Of a DNA stretch of 64,000 nt, positions 37,841-48,400 are shown piece by piece. The stretch spans positions 2,281 through 66,280 of IMG/VR virus record IMGVR_UViG_3300015360_002415. One strand, given 5' to 3'. Position numbers and translations under genes: made by a program. Source of the stretch: a virus. Numbering within the stretch: the stretch's first letter is position 1; the number at the start of each line of letters is the position of its first letter. The notes beneath the pieces are model-generated. The model made no database searches, was not told the origin of the DNA, and saw nothing but the letters and a program-made list of their open reading frames with translations.

Positions 37841-39204
37841 TATTTTCTTCTGTCTTTTACAGAACTACCTAAGAATTTTCCAAAAGTAGAATTCTTTGCA
37901 GCAATTTGATTTTTAATCTTTTGTGCAGCAGATATTTCAGCATTAATACCAGTATCTAATTGTAATGTAAGATTTCTTTGCTCGTCCTTAGCCTTTACAT
38001 TATTTTGTAATTTCTGAGTTTCCTTCTTCAACTGATCTACCCTATTACTTGGAAGACCTAATCCGCTAAACAAAGAATAAACTTTTACAACATCTTCAGT
38101 TGAATCGCTTACATAAATACCTTTGAAAACTCCCTTTGGTGAGCCACATAAATCATTAATCATAGCTGCTGCATAATTGATACTTGCCGCAGGAATTTTT
38201 GACCAAACTGTTTTATTAGCTATAACCATGAATCCAACATACCTGGATTGCGTCAGGTCAAATCCAGAAGCTAATAGATTTCCATTAAGATTACTAACTA
38301 CCGCCTCTGCAATAGAAGTTTCTTCAGTATAATTGTCTATAGTTAATTCACCATAAACACTTAGACCTTCACCATCAATTAGTACTTTTAAGAATTCCAT
38401 ACTATCTAACGCTTTAGTCGATGATGGCATAGCTGAATAAGTATTAAAAATATCTAATGGCTCTACAATTGCTTTATTTGCTATTGAATAGAAATCCATT
38501 TGACTAACATCATGATAAATAGATTCTAGTTTGGCATTATCAATAACTATAAGATTAGAGATCTTTTTAGATTTCGCATAATTAGTTAGTTTAGATAGAG
38601 TTTCTAAGGTATTAGATTTTGCTAGAGAATCTTCTGTATCCATTGGCAAAACAGTCATTACAACAATTGGCTTTCCAATTTGTGATAATACTTCTATCAT
38701 CGTATCGCATGAGCCTGCACCAGATCCACCGCCTAATGATAAGCAAAGTACATTTATTTTGGATGTACTTAATTTACCATTAATTAACTCAGCAATGGCA
38801 TCTTTATGCGCCTCTGCTGCTGCCGCTCCAATTGATAATTCTTTGCTTGCTCCACCAACGCCATACTCTAATAGAAGTTTATTTGAATCTGGAATATCAA
38901 TAAACTTAAGATCTTGCATAGCAGTGTTCATGACTACAGTATCATAACCAAGCTTATAAAAAGCCTCAGCAATTCTAGAACCGGCTTGACCGGAACCAAC
39001 GACACCTAAAGAGAGACTTCTTTCTTTTTTAGCTACAATCTTAGATGCCATTTTCGTTTCCTGTTGTTTTGCTTGGCTTTTTGCCTTTAATGCTGCTAAC
39101 TTGCTTAAATCGACTTGATCTTCTGATGCTTTTACTTCTTCGTTTGTAACATCATCCATGATCTCTTCCTTTTGCATTTCTTCACTCGTTGTTTTTGCTG
39201 ACAT
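37840..39204 (-). CDS. Tubulin/FtsZ-family GTPase (PhuZ/TubZ-like)
   Basis: GVVGSGQAGSRIA, NTA.QD, LGGGSGAG signature, DN, ALDSME T7-like loop. Confidence 0.9.
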   Translation of the reverse strand: MSAKTTSEEMQKEEIMDDVTNEEVKASEDQVDLSKLAALKAKSQAKQQETKMASKIVAKKERSLSLGVVGSGQAGSRIAEAFYKLGYDTVVMNTAMQDLKFIDIPDSNKLLLEYGVGGASKELSIGAAAAEAHKDAIAELINGKLSTSKINVLCLSLGGGSGAGSCDTMIEVLSQIGKPIVVMTVLPMDTEDSLAKSNTLETLSKLTNYAKSKKISNLIVIDNAKLESIYHDVSQMDFYSIANKAIVEPLDIFNTYSAMPSSTKALDSMEFLKVLIDGEGLSVYGELTIDNYTEETSIAEAVVSNLNGNLLASGFDLTQSRYVGFMVIANKTVWSKIPAASINYAAAMINDLCGSPKGVFKGIYVSDSTEDVVKVYSLFSGLGLPSNRVDQLKKETQKLQNNVKAKDEQRNLTLQLDTGINAEISAAQKIKNQIAAKNSTFGKFLGSSVKDRRK

Positions 39205-39218
39205 ACTATTCTCCTAAT

Positions 39219-39488
39219 TTACCATGATACATCGAAACAAATACCTGCTCCACCTATCGATAAGAATGGTGATACAGTAAATCCATTTTGTCTCAACTTT
39301 AAAAATAACCTACCACATTTTTCCATTGTTTTATTACTGAGCATTGCATCTAAATAATGATCATAAAGTCTAATTGCTTTACCGCCATTTTTAGCAGATG
39401 CTGCGCAGCTATCAACTATTCTTTCGTATACACTATCGATATCTACATTATATTCGTCTGTTATTTTTCTAATTTCTTCAATTTTCAA
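39219..39488 (-). CDS. Hypothetical protein
   Basis: 89-aa ORF. Confidence 0.6.
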   Translation of the reverse strand: MKIEEIRKITDEYNVDIDSVYERIVDSCAASAKNGGKAIRLYDHYLDAMLSNKTMEKCGRLFLKLRQNGFTVSPFLSIGGAGICFDVSW

Positions 39489-39504
39489 TTTTCATTTGTC
39501 ATCC

Positions 39505-40425
39505 TTACTTTAAAAACCATTGATTATTTGTATACCATTCAGTCGTACCAACTATACCATCTTTCAATTTATAATGTGGTTTCCATCCAATGCTTTTTGT
39601 CTTATCAGTATTTAATAGCTTGGCTGATTCTGAAGCTGCCTCACTATCATCTGCGAATAGTGATAATGCATCTGGTTTATTCATTGATGTACAAATCTTT
39701 TGCAGTACTTCAATGTTTGAAAATTCTTGATTCGCTGCTACGTTATACGTTTCATTTGAAACGCCATTCTCTAAAATTGTAAGTATCGCTGAGCAATAAT
39801 CAAATACGTGAGTCCAGTCCGATGTAGCTTTAGTATCTATAGCCATGTTTTGGCTATTCAAAATGGATTTAATAGCACTCGGAATTAAATGATTACTCAT
39901 CTGTCGAGGTCCATAGTTAGTTGCCGCTCTGGTAATGTTATACTTTAATCCATAAGTCTGACTAGCTGCCTTGATAAGTAGCTCTCCTGCTGCCTTGGTT
40001 GCAGCATACAGCGTTTTGGGGTTAATGGGCGATGACTCATCAATCGGATTCGTCGAAGCCTGATATACCGCATCTGTAGAAGTATAAATTAGACGTTCAA
40101 CATTATGTTTTACACAAGCATCAATAATATTTTGAGTTCCAACAAAATTTGAAGTCGTGAAGTTATTAATATCCATAGTTTCAGATGCGCCATGTATAAC
40201 AATATCAGGTTTTTCAAACTGAAAAATAATATCTAATACATGACGATCTCTAATGTCAGCAACATGAAAGATATGATTCTTATTCCAATACATAGAATTA
40301 ATCACATTTGAATTGACTCTATCTATACTTACAAAGTTGTATGCCGCTCGTTCGTAAATAGCCTTACGAAGAAAGTTCCCCATAACAAACCCACAAGAAC
40401 CAGTTATTAATACTTTTTTCTTCAT
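39505..40425 (-). CDS. NAD-dependent epimerase/dehydratase (RmlB-like)
   Basis: LITGSCGF, HGA, N.VGT, STD.VY, YAATK, NYGPRQ, DWTHV.D, WY..N.W. Confidence 0.85.
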   Translation of the reverse strand: MKKKVLITGSCGFVMGNFLRKAIYERAAYNFVSIDRVNSNVINSMYWNKNHIFHVADIRDRHVLDIIFQFEKPDIVIHGASETMDINNFTTSNFVGTQNIIDACVKHNVERLIYTSTDAVYQASTNPIDESSPINPKTLYAATKAAGELLIKAASQTYGLKYNITRAATNYGPRQMSNHLIPSAIKSILNSQNMAIDTKATSDWTHVFDYCSAILTILENGVSNETYNVAANQEFSNIEVLQKICTSMNKPDALSLFADDSEAASESAKLLNTDKTKSIGWKPHYKLKDGIVGTTEWYTNNQWFLK

Positions 40426-40721
40426 TTCTTTTTTCTTTTTGTCCAAGATTTATACGCTTGATTAGCTAAGTTTACGAAATGTTGCGATTCTTCCATCAGA
40501 CTAAGATGCTCAAACATTGGTACTTTTTTACCTTCAATTTCAACTGTTTCTAAAAACATAGCTGCTGGTCTAACCAATATAGCCCTATTGCCAAATTTAG
40601 TACTATCGTATTGAGCTTGATATACCACCATATTTTCTAAAGTTTCTGAATGAATGACATTCATTAACACATGATATAGTTTTCCCCTATAGTGTCTATA
40701 CAATCCTAAATCAACTTTCAT
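40422..40721 (-). CDS. DUF1653 protein
   Basis: GLYRHYRGKLY.V...HSETLE.MVVYQAQY...VRP..MF. Confidence 0.85.
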   Translation of the reverse strand: MKVDLGLYRHYRGKLYHVLMNVIHSETLENMVVYQAQYDSTKFGNRAILVRPAAMFLETVEIEGKKVPMFEHLSLMEESQHFVNLANQAYKSWTKRKKK

Positions 40722-41545
40722 TTTGCCTCGTACAGTTTATATTTTGTAGCATTCGTATACAAACTTAGATCAGCTATGCACCTTTTAGACCAATTAGTTT
40801 TTAAATAATTCAAATTGTGATTCATGAATAGTTTATTTACAGGATTCTTCTTCAAAGAAGCGCTCTCTTCATGTTCAATTTTGGTCTTGCCACAATAAAC
40901 AATCTTCTTCTCCATATTGTAACCAATGGATAAAGTCAAGTCAACATCATCGAATCCCCAATGATAATTTTCATCCATACCTTTCACGCCAGAGGCATTT
41001 TTAGTGCAGGCATTTCTAAAATATTCTGCCTTTGTCAATAAAACAGCACCAGTTACAACTTGAAATAGTCTATCTTTCTCAGCGTTACTATCCGAAGATT
41101 CATTAGCTCTGAAGTGCAAAGGTGATTTGGAATTATTAAATACAACTCCAGCATGTTGAAGTCTTAGGCTATTAGGATAAACTAACCGCGCTCCAACAGC
41201 TCCAACACTAATATCTTTTGATAGAAGATTGATCATTGAAGCAATGGACTTAGAATCCTTTACAACAACATCATTATTCAATAAAAGAATATGATCATCG
41301 TCTTTAGGAGATGCTTCATGGAATAAATAATTCATGCCTTGAGAGAAATTTTGTTTATTATCTTTATATGGAATAACTTTTACTTTATCTCCCCATGTTG
41401 ACGCAACAGCTACAGTATTATCAATAGATGCATTATCCTTAATCAACCAAGTATAATCAATATCTTTTAAAGCTGGAATTAATGATTCTTTTAGCTTAGT
41501 TAGTTTATCGCAGGCGTTCCATGTTAATGTGAGAATGTAAAGCAT
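40718..41545 (-). CDS. GT2 glycosyltransferase
   Basis: DNAS.D, NFS.G.N, LLNND, VGARL, QHAG, VTGA, DVD, H.ES. Confidence 0.9.
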   Translation of the reverse strand: MLYILTLTWNACDKLTKLKESLIPALKDIDYTWLIKDNASIDNTVAVASTWGDKVKVIPYKDNKQNFSQGMNYLFHEASPKDDDHILLLNNDVVVKDSKSIASMINLLSKDISVGAVGARLVYPNSLRLQHAGVVFNNSKSPLHFRANESSDSNAEKDRLFQVVTGAVLLTKAEYFRNACTKNASGVKGMDENYHWGFDDVDLTLSIGYNMEKKIVYCGKTKIEHEESASLKKNPVNKLFMNHNLNYLKTNWSKRCIADLSLYTNATKYKLYEAK

Positions 41546-42546
41546 TATAATCCTATCCTAAATCCAAACATGATTGCAAAATCTCCAGATAAACCTAAAT
41601 GAAATGATGGTCCAATGTGCATATTAGTCATAAGAGGAATATGTTTACCAATATTATATGTTATTGGTGTTAAAAGTAATTGAGGTGTGTCACTCACTAT
41701 ATCATAGCCGACACCAAGTTGTAGTATTGAAAAATCTGGCTGATTCTTAAATTGACCATAAGACATTATACCTACACCAACATTAGGTGTGATTTGAGGT
41801 CCGATATTCGTAATATTTACACCACTATCCATACCCACAAATATCCTTGGATTCCACCAACTGAATTTAGCTTCTGGATATTCTTGTTTTGTGACAGATG
41901 ATTCAATAGGAATTTCAAAATCTACTCCATCAACTTTCATTGTGAACTTATTATAGACATATGTTCTTTGATTTTCATCTGTTCCAGTAACGGTAGCAAT
42001 GTGATATTTCCTTGGTTTGATGTCCAAACTCCAAGGCTCTGCTTGCCAAGCACTAAACCCTATCGTACCAAACGGCACTTGTACTTTCGCAAAATTCTCA
42101 TTCAATACAAAATTTTGCTGATTCTTCAAGTAACCATGAGGGTCAGCATTAATACATGGCGAACCATCTTTACAAATAGGTTTTGCATCAGGTGTTGGAT
42201 TAGCTGGACCTATATGTGTTGTAGGTAGTTTTCCACCAACTTGACCATAACTTGATACCGTTACTACGTTGACCGCAGTAATCTCAGCATGTAACTTATT
42301 AAGATCGGCTTGAATAGCTTTTAAGTTAACTCCATTGTCTTTTACAAATTGCTCAATATCTTTTCTTGTAGCATATTCATTTTGACTTCTCATAATACCA
42401 TCAACAAGCTGCTTCTGAGACACGACTTGCGTTTCAATAGCTAATTGTCTATTAGAAATTTCATTCTGTCTATAAATAGCAAATACTAACAAACTTAATG
42501 TTAGCATTGCGCCTGCGATTATTAAAATTTTACCATACAACGGCAT
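41545..42546 (-). CDS. Membrane-anchored hypothetical protein
   Basis: N-terminal TM helix, coiled coil, C-terminal alternating beta strands. Confidence 0.65.
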   Translation of the reverse strand: MPLYGKILIIAGAMLTLSLLVFAIYRQNEISNRQLAIETQVVSQKQLVDGIMRSQNEYATRKDIEQFVKDNGVNLKAIQADLNKLHAEITAVNVVTVSSYGQVGGKLPTTHIGPANPTPDAKPICKDGSPCINADPHGYLKNQQNFVLNENFAKVQVPFGTIGFSAWQAEPWSLDIKPRKYHIATVTGTDENQRTYVYNKFTMKVDGVDFEIPIESSVTKQEYPEAKFSWWNPRIFVGMDSGVNITNIGPQITPNVGVGIMSYGQFKNQPDFSILQLGVGYDIVSDTPQLLLTPITYNIGKHIPLMTNMHIGPSFHLGLSGDFAIMFGFRIGL

Positions 42547-42548
42547 GA

Positions 42549-43262
42549 TTACCCCTTAATCCACTTCTTTACGAAAATTTTTCTAGCAGATGTATATAAC
42601 TCACGAGTATTTAATTGTTTACTTGTTTGTTTTCCGAAATGGACAACAGGTACATCTACAACTTCCATGTTTATTCCTTGCTTACGTGCCCTAAATCCAA
42701 GATCAGTATCTTCAAAATATGCCAACCCAAATTCTTCTGAGAATATTTGCGGCATATGAGCATCAGTAATGATCATACTTTTATTTCTTGGAAGATCTAG
42801 TTTATTCCAAATCTGTTTAGAAGATGCAACACACCACCCAGACATATAAGATTTTCCTGGCAAAGTCTTATTAGCTTCTTGTACGAAATTCAATTCAGTA
42901 TCTAACTGACCCATGGTAGGACCAACTAAGGCATTAGCGCATCTCTTTAATAAATATTGAGTCCATGTTGCATACTCTGATTTTACTCGAATATCATTAT
43001 TAAGAAAAAGAACAGAAGAGGCAGTAGAATGATAATAACCGATATTACTAGCTTTAGCGAAACCAAGATTAACCTCATTCCTAATATACTTGATCTCTTT
43101 AGATCCTTCTAATTGAGCTTTAGTTTCGTCGGTACTACCATTATCAACTACAATAATTTCATGATCAGATGGTAATTGAACTAAATCTTTTAAACATGAC
43201 TTGGTAAAATTAAACTTATTATAAACCGGTATAACTATACTTAATACTTTAGAATTTGTCAT
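42549..43262 (-). CDS. GT2 glycosyltransferase
   Basis: SIVIPVYN, VDNGSTD, NLGFAKASN, FLNND, YFEDTD. Confidence 0.92.
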   Translation of the reverse strand: MTNSKVLSIVIPVYNKFNFTKSCLKDLVQLPSDHEIIVVDNGSTDETKAQLEGSKEIKYIRNEVNLGFAKASNIGYYHSTASSVLFLNNDIRVKSEYATWTQYLLKRCANALVGPTMGQLDTELNFVQEANKTLPGKSYMSGWCVASSKQIWNKLDLPRNKSMIITDAHMPQIFSEEFGLAYFEDTDLGFRARKQGINMEVVDVPVVHFGKQTSKQLNTRELYTSARKIFVKKWIKG

Positions 43263-43501
43263 TATTTTACCTCACAAATTACATCAATACCAACACAGGT
43301 ATTTTTTATCGCAGAGGATATAGCTCTTGGATTGATTATAGCTATACCAATAACTTCTTTACAGGTAAAACCAATTCTTCCTCGTTTAGTTTTACCAATC
43401 TTACCATTAGAAAATACGACAATTTTTTCATTAACTGTTGGTTCTGGTTTATCAGCAGGTAATACAGTTATACCAGCTATTATTGGGAAAGGTAAATTCA
43501 T
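43262..43501 (-). CDS. Hypothetical protein
   Basis: Likely start at 43501 (ATGA overlap). Confidence 0.5.
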   Translation of the reverse strand: MNLPFPIIAGITVLPADKPEPTVNEKIVVFSNGKIGKTKRGRIGFTCKEVIGIAIINPRAISSAIKNTCVGIDVICEVK

Positions 43502-44634
43502 TGACATAAAGATACGATCCTTTTTGCCACACTTTCCCAAGTATATTGAGGTATTAACTTTTGCATCTTAGGCGAAAACTTTGCATGATAATCACCATAA
43601 TTGGCAATCAAATCTTTTAAAAGTTTGGCAGCATGATCAGAATCGGCATCAAATGCCTTAGCATAAGGTGATGGCTCCCAATACTGCATTCTATTGTCTG
43701 CTCGAATTTCCTTGCCGTCAATGAGCAATGAGTTATCATCATTCATATACTCAAGCTGTCCACCATAACGAGGAGCAACTACTACTTTATTTGCAGCAAA
43801 AGCTTCAAGTCCAGGCATCCAGAAGCACTCTGCGTGAGACATTGTAATAACCACGTCACACGCGTTGTAAAGGCTTTCGATATCTGTAATAAATGTGTCA
43901 ATTATTTCAATTTCGCCGGCATTCTTGAAAATTTTACGAAAATTATTTAAAGAATCCGCAATCGAAACATCAATTATACTAGTTTTTTGTGGGCTTTTCT
44001 TTGCCACCTTCATTACCAAACACACATCATCTTCTTTTGTAAATGCTTTGCCAAAAGCCTTAAGTAAACCAGGAATGTTCTTTCTTAAATGCGGTTGAGC
44101 AATGTTAGCTAATATCTTATACCTCTTATTTGTTTTTAATGGATATTTATCAGAACTAGAAAACTTCTCTAAATTGATACCATGAGGCACAACTACTTGA
44201 CTATCTGCTGGCATTCCATTATCTGTAAATATCTTCTTAGAAAAAGTTGATGATGGTAATACTTTATCCACATCTTTATAATGTTTGATAAAAGCTTTTG
44301 GAATAACAGTTGTTTCATAATTCCATATTCCAAATCTATTTTTATCTCCCCTAATAAAATAACTAGAGAAATTCTTTAATGCAGTATAAGATAGTTGCAT
44401 ATCATATGATTTATCTAATTTAACTAAAGAGTTATAATTAGATTGATTAATAGAAACATTATCTTCAACAGAACCTTTTAGATTAGATTTAAGATCATCT
44501 GGGAAATGCTCTGTGCCATTCGTAGAAAATAAATCTACATGATGACCTAAACCTATTAAAGCTCTTGATATGTTCTGTGCAACTATCGACCAACTGTGAT
44601 TTTTTGCTAAATAACCAAACCAACATATTTTCAT
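43498..44634 (-). CDS. GT4 (GT-B) glycosyltransferase
   Basis: VVPHGIN, RKN...L.KAF, YNACD, HAECFWMPGLEA, GGQLEY. Confidence 0.92.
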   Translation of the reverse strand: MKICWFGYLAKNHSWSIVAQNISRALIGLGHHVDLFSTNGTEHFPDDLKSNLKGSVEDNVSINQSNYNSLVKLDKSYDMQLSYTALKNFSSYFIRGDKNRFGIWNYETTVIPKAFIKHYKDVDKVLPSSTFSKKIFTDNGMPADSQVVVPHGINLEKFSSSDKYPLKTNKRYKILANIAQPHLRKNIPGLLKAFGKAFTKEDDVCLVMKVAKKSPQKTSIIDVSIADSLNNFRKIFKNAGEIEIIDTFITDIESLYNACDVVITMSHAECFWMPGLEAFAANKVVVAPRYGGQLEYMNDDNSLLIDGKEIRADNRMQYWEPSPYAKAFDADSDHAAKLLKDLIANYGDYHAKFSPKMQKLIPQYTWESVAKRIVSLCQ

Positions 44635-44647
44635 ATTGACTTATATA

Positions 44648-45442
44648 TCAGAGACCTTTACAACATCTAAATCCAATAGAAACTTGATGAAACCCCTCAT
44701 CATGATCTTTAGTTATAGGACGACATCTATTTCTTACAGGCAGCCAATGCCCACCTTTCAAAGCTGACCTCATCCAGAGACTATGTATTTTACTATGCTG
44801 ATAGTTAGGTACAGCCACCCATTCATCAACGTTACCCGCCATATTAATAATACCAAATGGAGATTTGCACTCTGGATTAGCATCAATATCTTTTCTAAGA
44901 TCACATAGATTATGACCACAAACAACATCATGTTCTACATCCATATGACAAGTATGTGTGGGACGTTTAGTTCCAGTTGTATAAGGTACGCTATCTTCAC
45001 CTTCACAAGCGAAAATCCATTCCTCTTCAGAACATAAGCGCTTGTCATTGTCTTTACATATAGATTGTGCTTTGGTCCATGAAACATCTGTTACTGGTAG
45101 ACCTTCAAAATTAGTTGCAAACTCTTTAGTATCAATACAATAATTCATTTTCTCTTTAGAACCAACACATACACTTTTTGAAAACTCAGCGCATCGAGCG
45201 AACTTTTTCACTGGATCAGGCAGCCACTTAATGCACTTCTGCTCAACTTTCGTACAGTATAAACCAGACACCATCGTCATCTCGGCGGGGCAGGGCGGCT
45301 CCTCTACTGTGGAGGTTGAAGAGGTTGAAGGTGTAGCGCTATAAATTGGAAGAGGCACAGACAAAGGTTGCGTCTCTTTTTCTTCGGTCTTACTCTCAGA
45401 GCAAGCCGAAACTAGTAATAATAAAACAATAAATTTTTGCAT
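44648..45442 (-). CDS. FGE-sulfatase (SUMF1-like C-type lectin fold) lipoprotein
   Basis: Signal peptide with VSAC lipobox-like site, CPAEM, VSW..A...C, KRLC.E.EW..AC, SPFG..NMAGNVDEW, GFRCC. Confidence 0.88.
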   Translation of the reverse strand: MQKFIVLLLLVSACSESKTEEKETQPLSVPLPIYSATPSTSSTSTVEEPPCPAEMTMVSGLYCTKVEQKCIKWLPDPVKKFARCAEFSKSVCVGSKEKMNYCIDTKEFATNFEGLPVTDVSWTKAQSICKDNDKRLCSEEEWIFACEGEDSVPYTTGTKRPTHTCHMDVEHDVVCGHNLCDLRKDIDANPECKSPFGIINMAGNVDEWVAVPNYQHSKIHSLWMRSALKGGHWLPVRNRCRPITKDHDEGFHQVSIGFRCCKGL

Positions 45443-45462
45443 GGTCAGGTAATTATAAAAAA

Positions 45463-48400
45463 TTATGTAACTAAATAAGGTACGAAATTAGTACTATAAG
45501 AAGTTGGTGGTAATACTTCTGGATTATCATAAGTTAAAACAAGTCTAGCCATGGTACAAGTTGCTGTTTTTCCCAAATCCGTTGGACTTAATGTTAAGCC
45601 TATTTGATAAACGAAATCAGTCGCTCCCTCAGCTAACAACTCTTTAATATCATCAGATCTTACTAATGTATATGATGTACCATTTGTTGCTAAATAAAGA
45701 GTTCCAGATGAAATCAATAAATCTTCAGAAGTAGTAACATTAGTTAATTGAACTCTTGCAGCGTTTGATGCATCTGAAGTTTTAATTATTGTTTCAAGCT
45801 TGATTGACGATAACCCTTGTTGTATAAATGAATCGAATCTAAACGTAAATGAACCAATAACAACCACCGTTGTGCTGTTATTTGTAAATGAACCAGCAAC
45901 TGCTGTAATAAAGACCGGATTCTTATACATGAAACTAGGATCTATAAATCCATAACCATCAGTTTTTGGAAGAACATCAACATCAAAAGAATTATAACCA
46001 GCAACACCATCCATATCATACAAGAATTGGTAACTTAAAGAGCCACTACCGCTTGTAAGTACTGTTCCAAGAGCACCAACACTGTCAAGACCCGTACCAC
46101 CATTAATGATTGGTAAAATACCGCTTACATCACTCTCAACATCAACTAGAGAGCTTGGTCCACCATCAACACCGTTGCTAAATACACTAATCAAACTAAG
46201 CATATTTTGAACTTTTGTGGAGTCAACAAAAAGTGGCGCATTATTAAATCCACCCTTTTTCAAGAATACATTGATTTGAATTTTTGTATTCATTGTGCTT
46301 AGAACTTCATCTTGATATAAGTTAGTGAAATTTAAACTTAATAAACCGGTTGTATAATCAATAGCTACACCGATTTTACCATCTACAATTATCCCCTCAT
46401 AACCATCTGCATCCACTCCATTTGTATTTGGAGAAAAAGATTGAACTGATACCGATAGTCTAATTTTATCATCCGCTAAATCATTAGATGATACATAAGA
46501 ACAATCAGCATATTTCATTGCTGGAAATCCAAGTCTAGTTATACCATTACTAGTATAATCAGCAATGAAATCATCCATGATGTTTATGGTTTTTTCTGCG
46601 CCAAAAATACCATCTGGTATTTCAAGTACAATTGTTCCAACTTCAAAATCTACTTTATGGTAGTTGCCGTCAATACCTTTTATGCCGCCGCCTTCTCCAA
46701 TGATAATATTGTTTGGAACAAAAACGTCAACACGACCTGGATCGAAAGATGGCTTTGCACCATATACAGTTACTTGTACGCCTTCAACAGTACATTCATT
46801 TACTTCGTATCCAGTAGTTGTGCCTAGTACACTAGGAACTTGTCTTGGAATACTAGTACAAACAATTAATGACTCATCCCATGTTAATTTCTTTTCAATA
46901 GAAACAATTTTTGGTGATGTATAAAAATTATGTGAGTAAAAGTATCCATCTTCAATAATATCTGGAGCTATATGTATTGCTTCAGCCCTACCTGAAACAA
47001 CTGAAGAATAATCATCAGCTCTATCAAAAAATTTCTCAAGCTTAAGTCTAATTACATTAAATCTAGTTCCGATTCTTGTATATGAATTTCCAGTTGGACC
47101 AAAATAAGTTGGAGCTGGCACAGTCTCAAGAACAAGTCTATCTACATAACTTTGTAATAAGTAACCATCATTATCTGTAATGAATAAATCATTATCGATA
47201 TCAGCACGTAATAATTGTAAATAAGTTTCTGTTGTTAATACTATTTTTGAAATAGTCAATACATCAGTATTTGTATCTATTTGATCTATTTCAAATCCGC
47301 CATGATTAGTTTCAGTGGCAGCATAGATTACTAACTTATAATCACTAATACCATCAATATCGCTGAATAAAACAGTTGAGCTTGTAAATTGAGCCAATCT
47401 AGCATCATTTGGATTAGCAACTAATACTCCATCAGTACCGCCAATTAATATAGTATCATCTGCTTTAGAAACTAATTCGAAAGTTAGTCCGAAGTCATTT
47501 GAAAAAGCTTCTTTATAAGCAGCATAACCATTAACAAATGTAGTTCTCGTTCCATATATTGTAATAACGGTTAGTTCTGGCAAGCCAACATTAAGATTAT
47601 AATTCATGAATTTATTTAGTAGTTCATAATCTTCTAAGTCAACTACACCATCACCATTAACATCTCCAACAATCATTGAGCAAAGTTTTGCATCTGCAAT
47701 ACGATAGTATATTGTTGGATAAGCTGTGTCTGGAGTAATTTTGGCTCCAACCAAATCACCATTCAACAAATTACTAACAAGGCTAGTTACAGAAGTATCA
47801 TATCTACCCGTATCAGTTGCATCCTCAATGATCTTAATTATTAACTCATCTCCAGAAATTGTATTACTAAATAGTTTAGTTAAAATTTCTGAAGATATTG
47901 AATCATAAAACTTACGGTTTTTATCCGAAATTGCTCCAAGCAACAATGGCTCTGTAATTGATTCAAGGTTTACAATATCAATACTATTAAGAAGCTCTAT
48001 ATTAGGCGTATATTGTTTTCTAGAAAGAACAGGGTTTGCTGTTCTTTGATCTTGCACTTCATCTGTCTCTGTTGTTGTTGCAGATAGTACTGCTCTATAT
48101 ACATCATTTCCAGAGAACTGTAATTTATCTAATGAATAGTCAACTGTAGCTAAGCTTGCTGCGTCTACAATTACTTTTTCAACTGCAATACCATTACCAG
48201 TATCATAAGCTTGACCATCAGATACTTTGGCAGCATCTGTCCAAATTCTAAACCATAAATCTTGTTCTGGAATATCAACCCAAAGCGTTCCTGTAAATGT
48301 GGTGACTCTTGAATTTTCAATAAGGTCACTTCCTACTGCAATGAGTATATCACATTTATTAGCACTTCCAGATCTTTTGATCGTTACGGCATAGTACTTA

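Noticed and set aside
44648-45442. FGE/C-type-lectin gene as a DGR target
   Set aside because: I noticed no second copy of its 3' end (template repeat) and there is no RT in the window.
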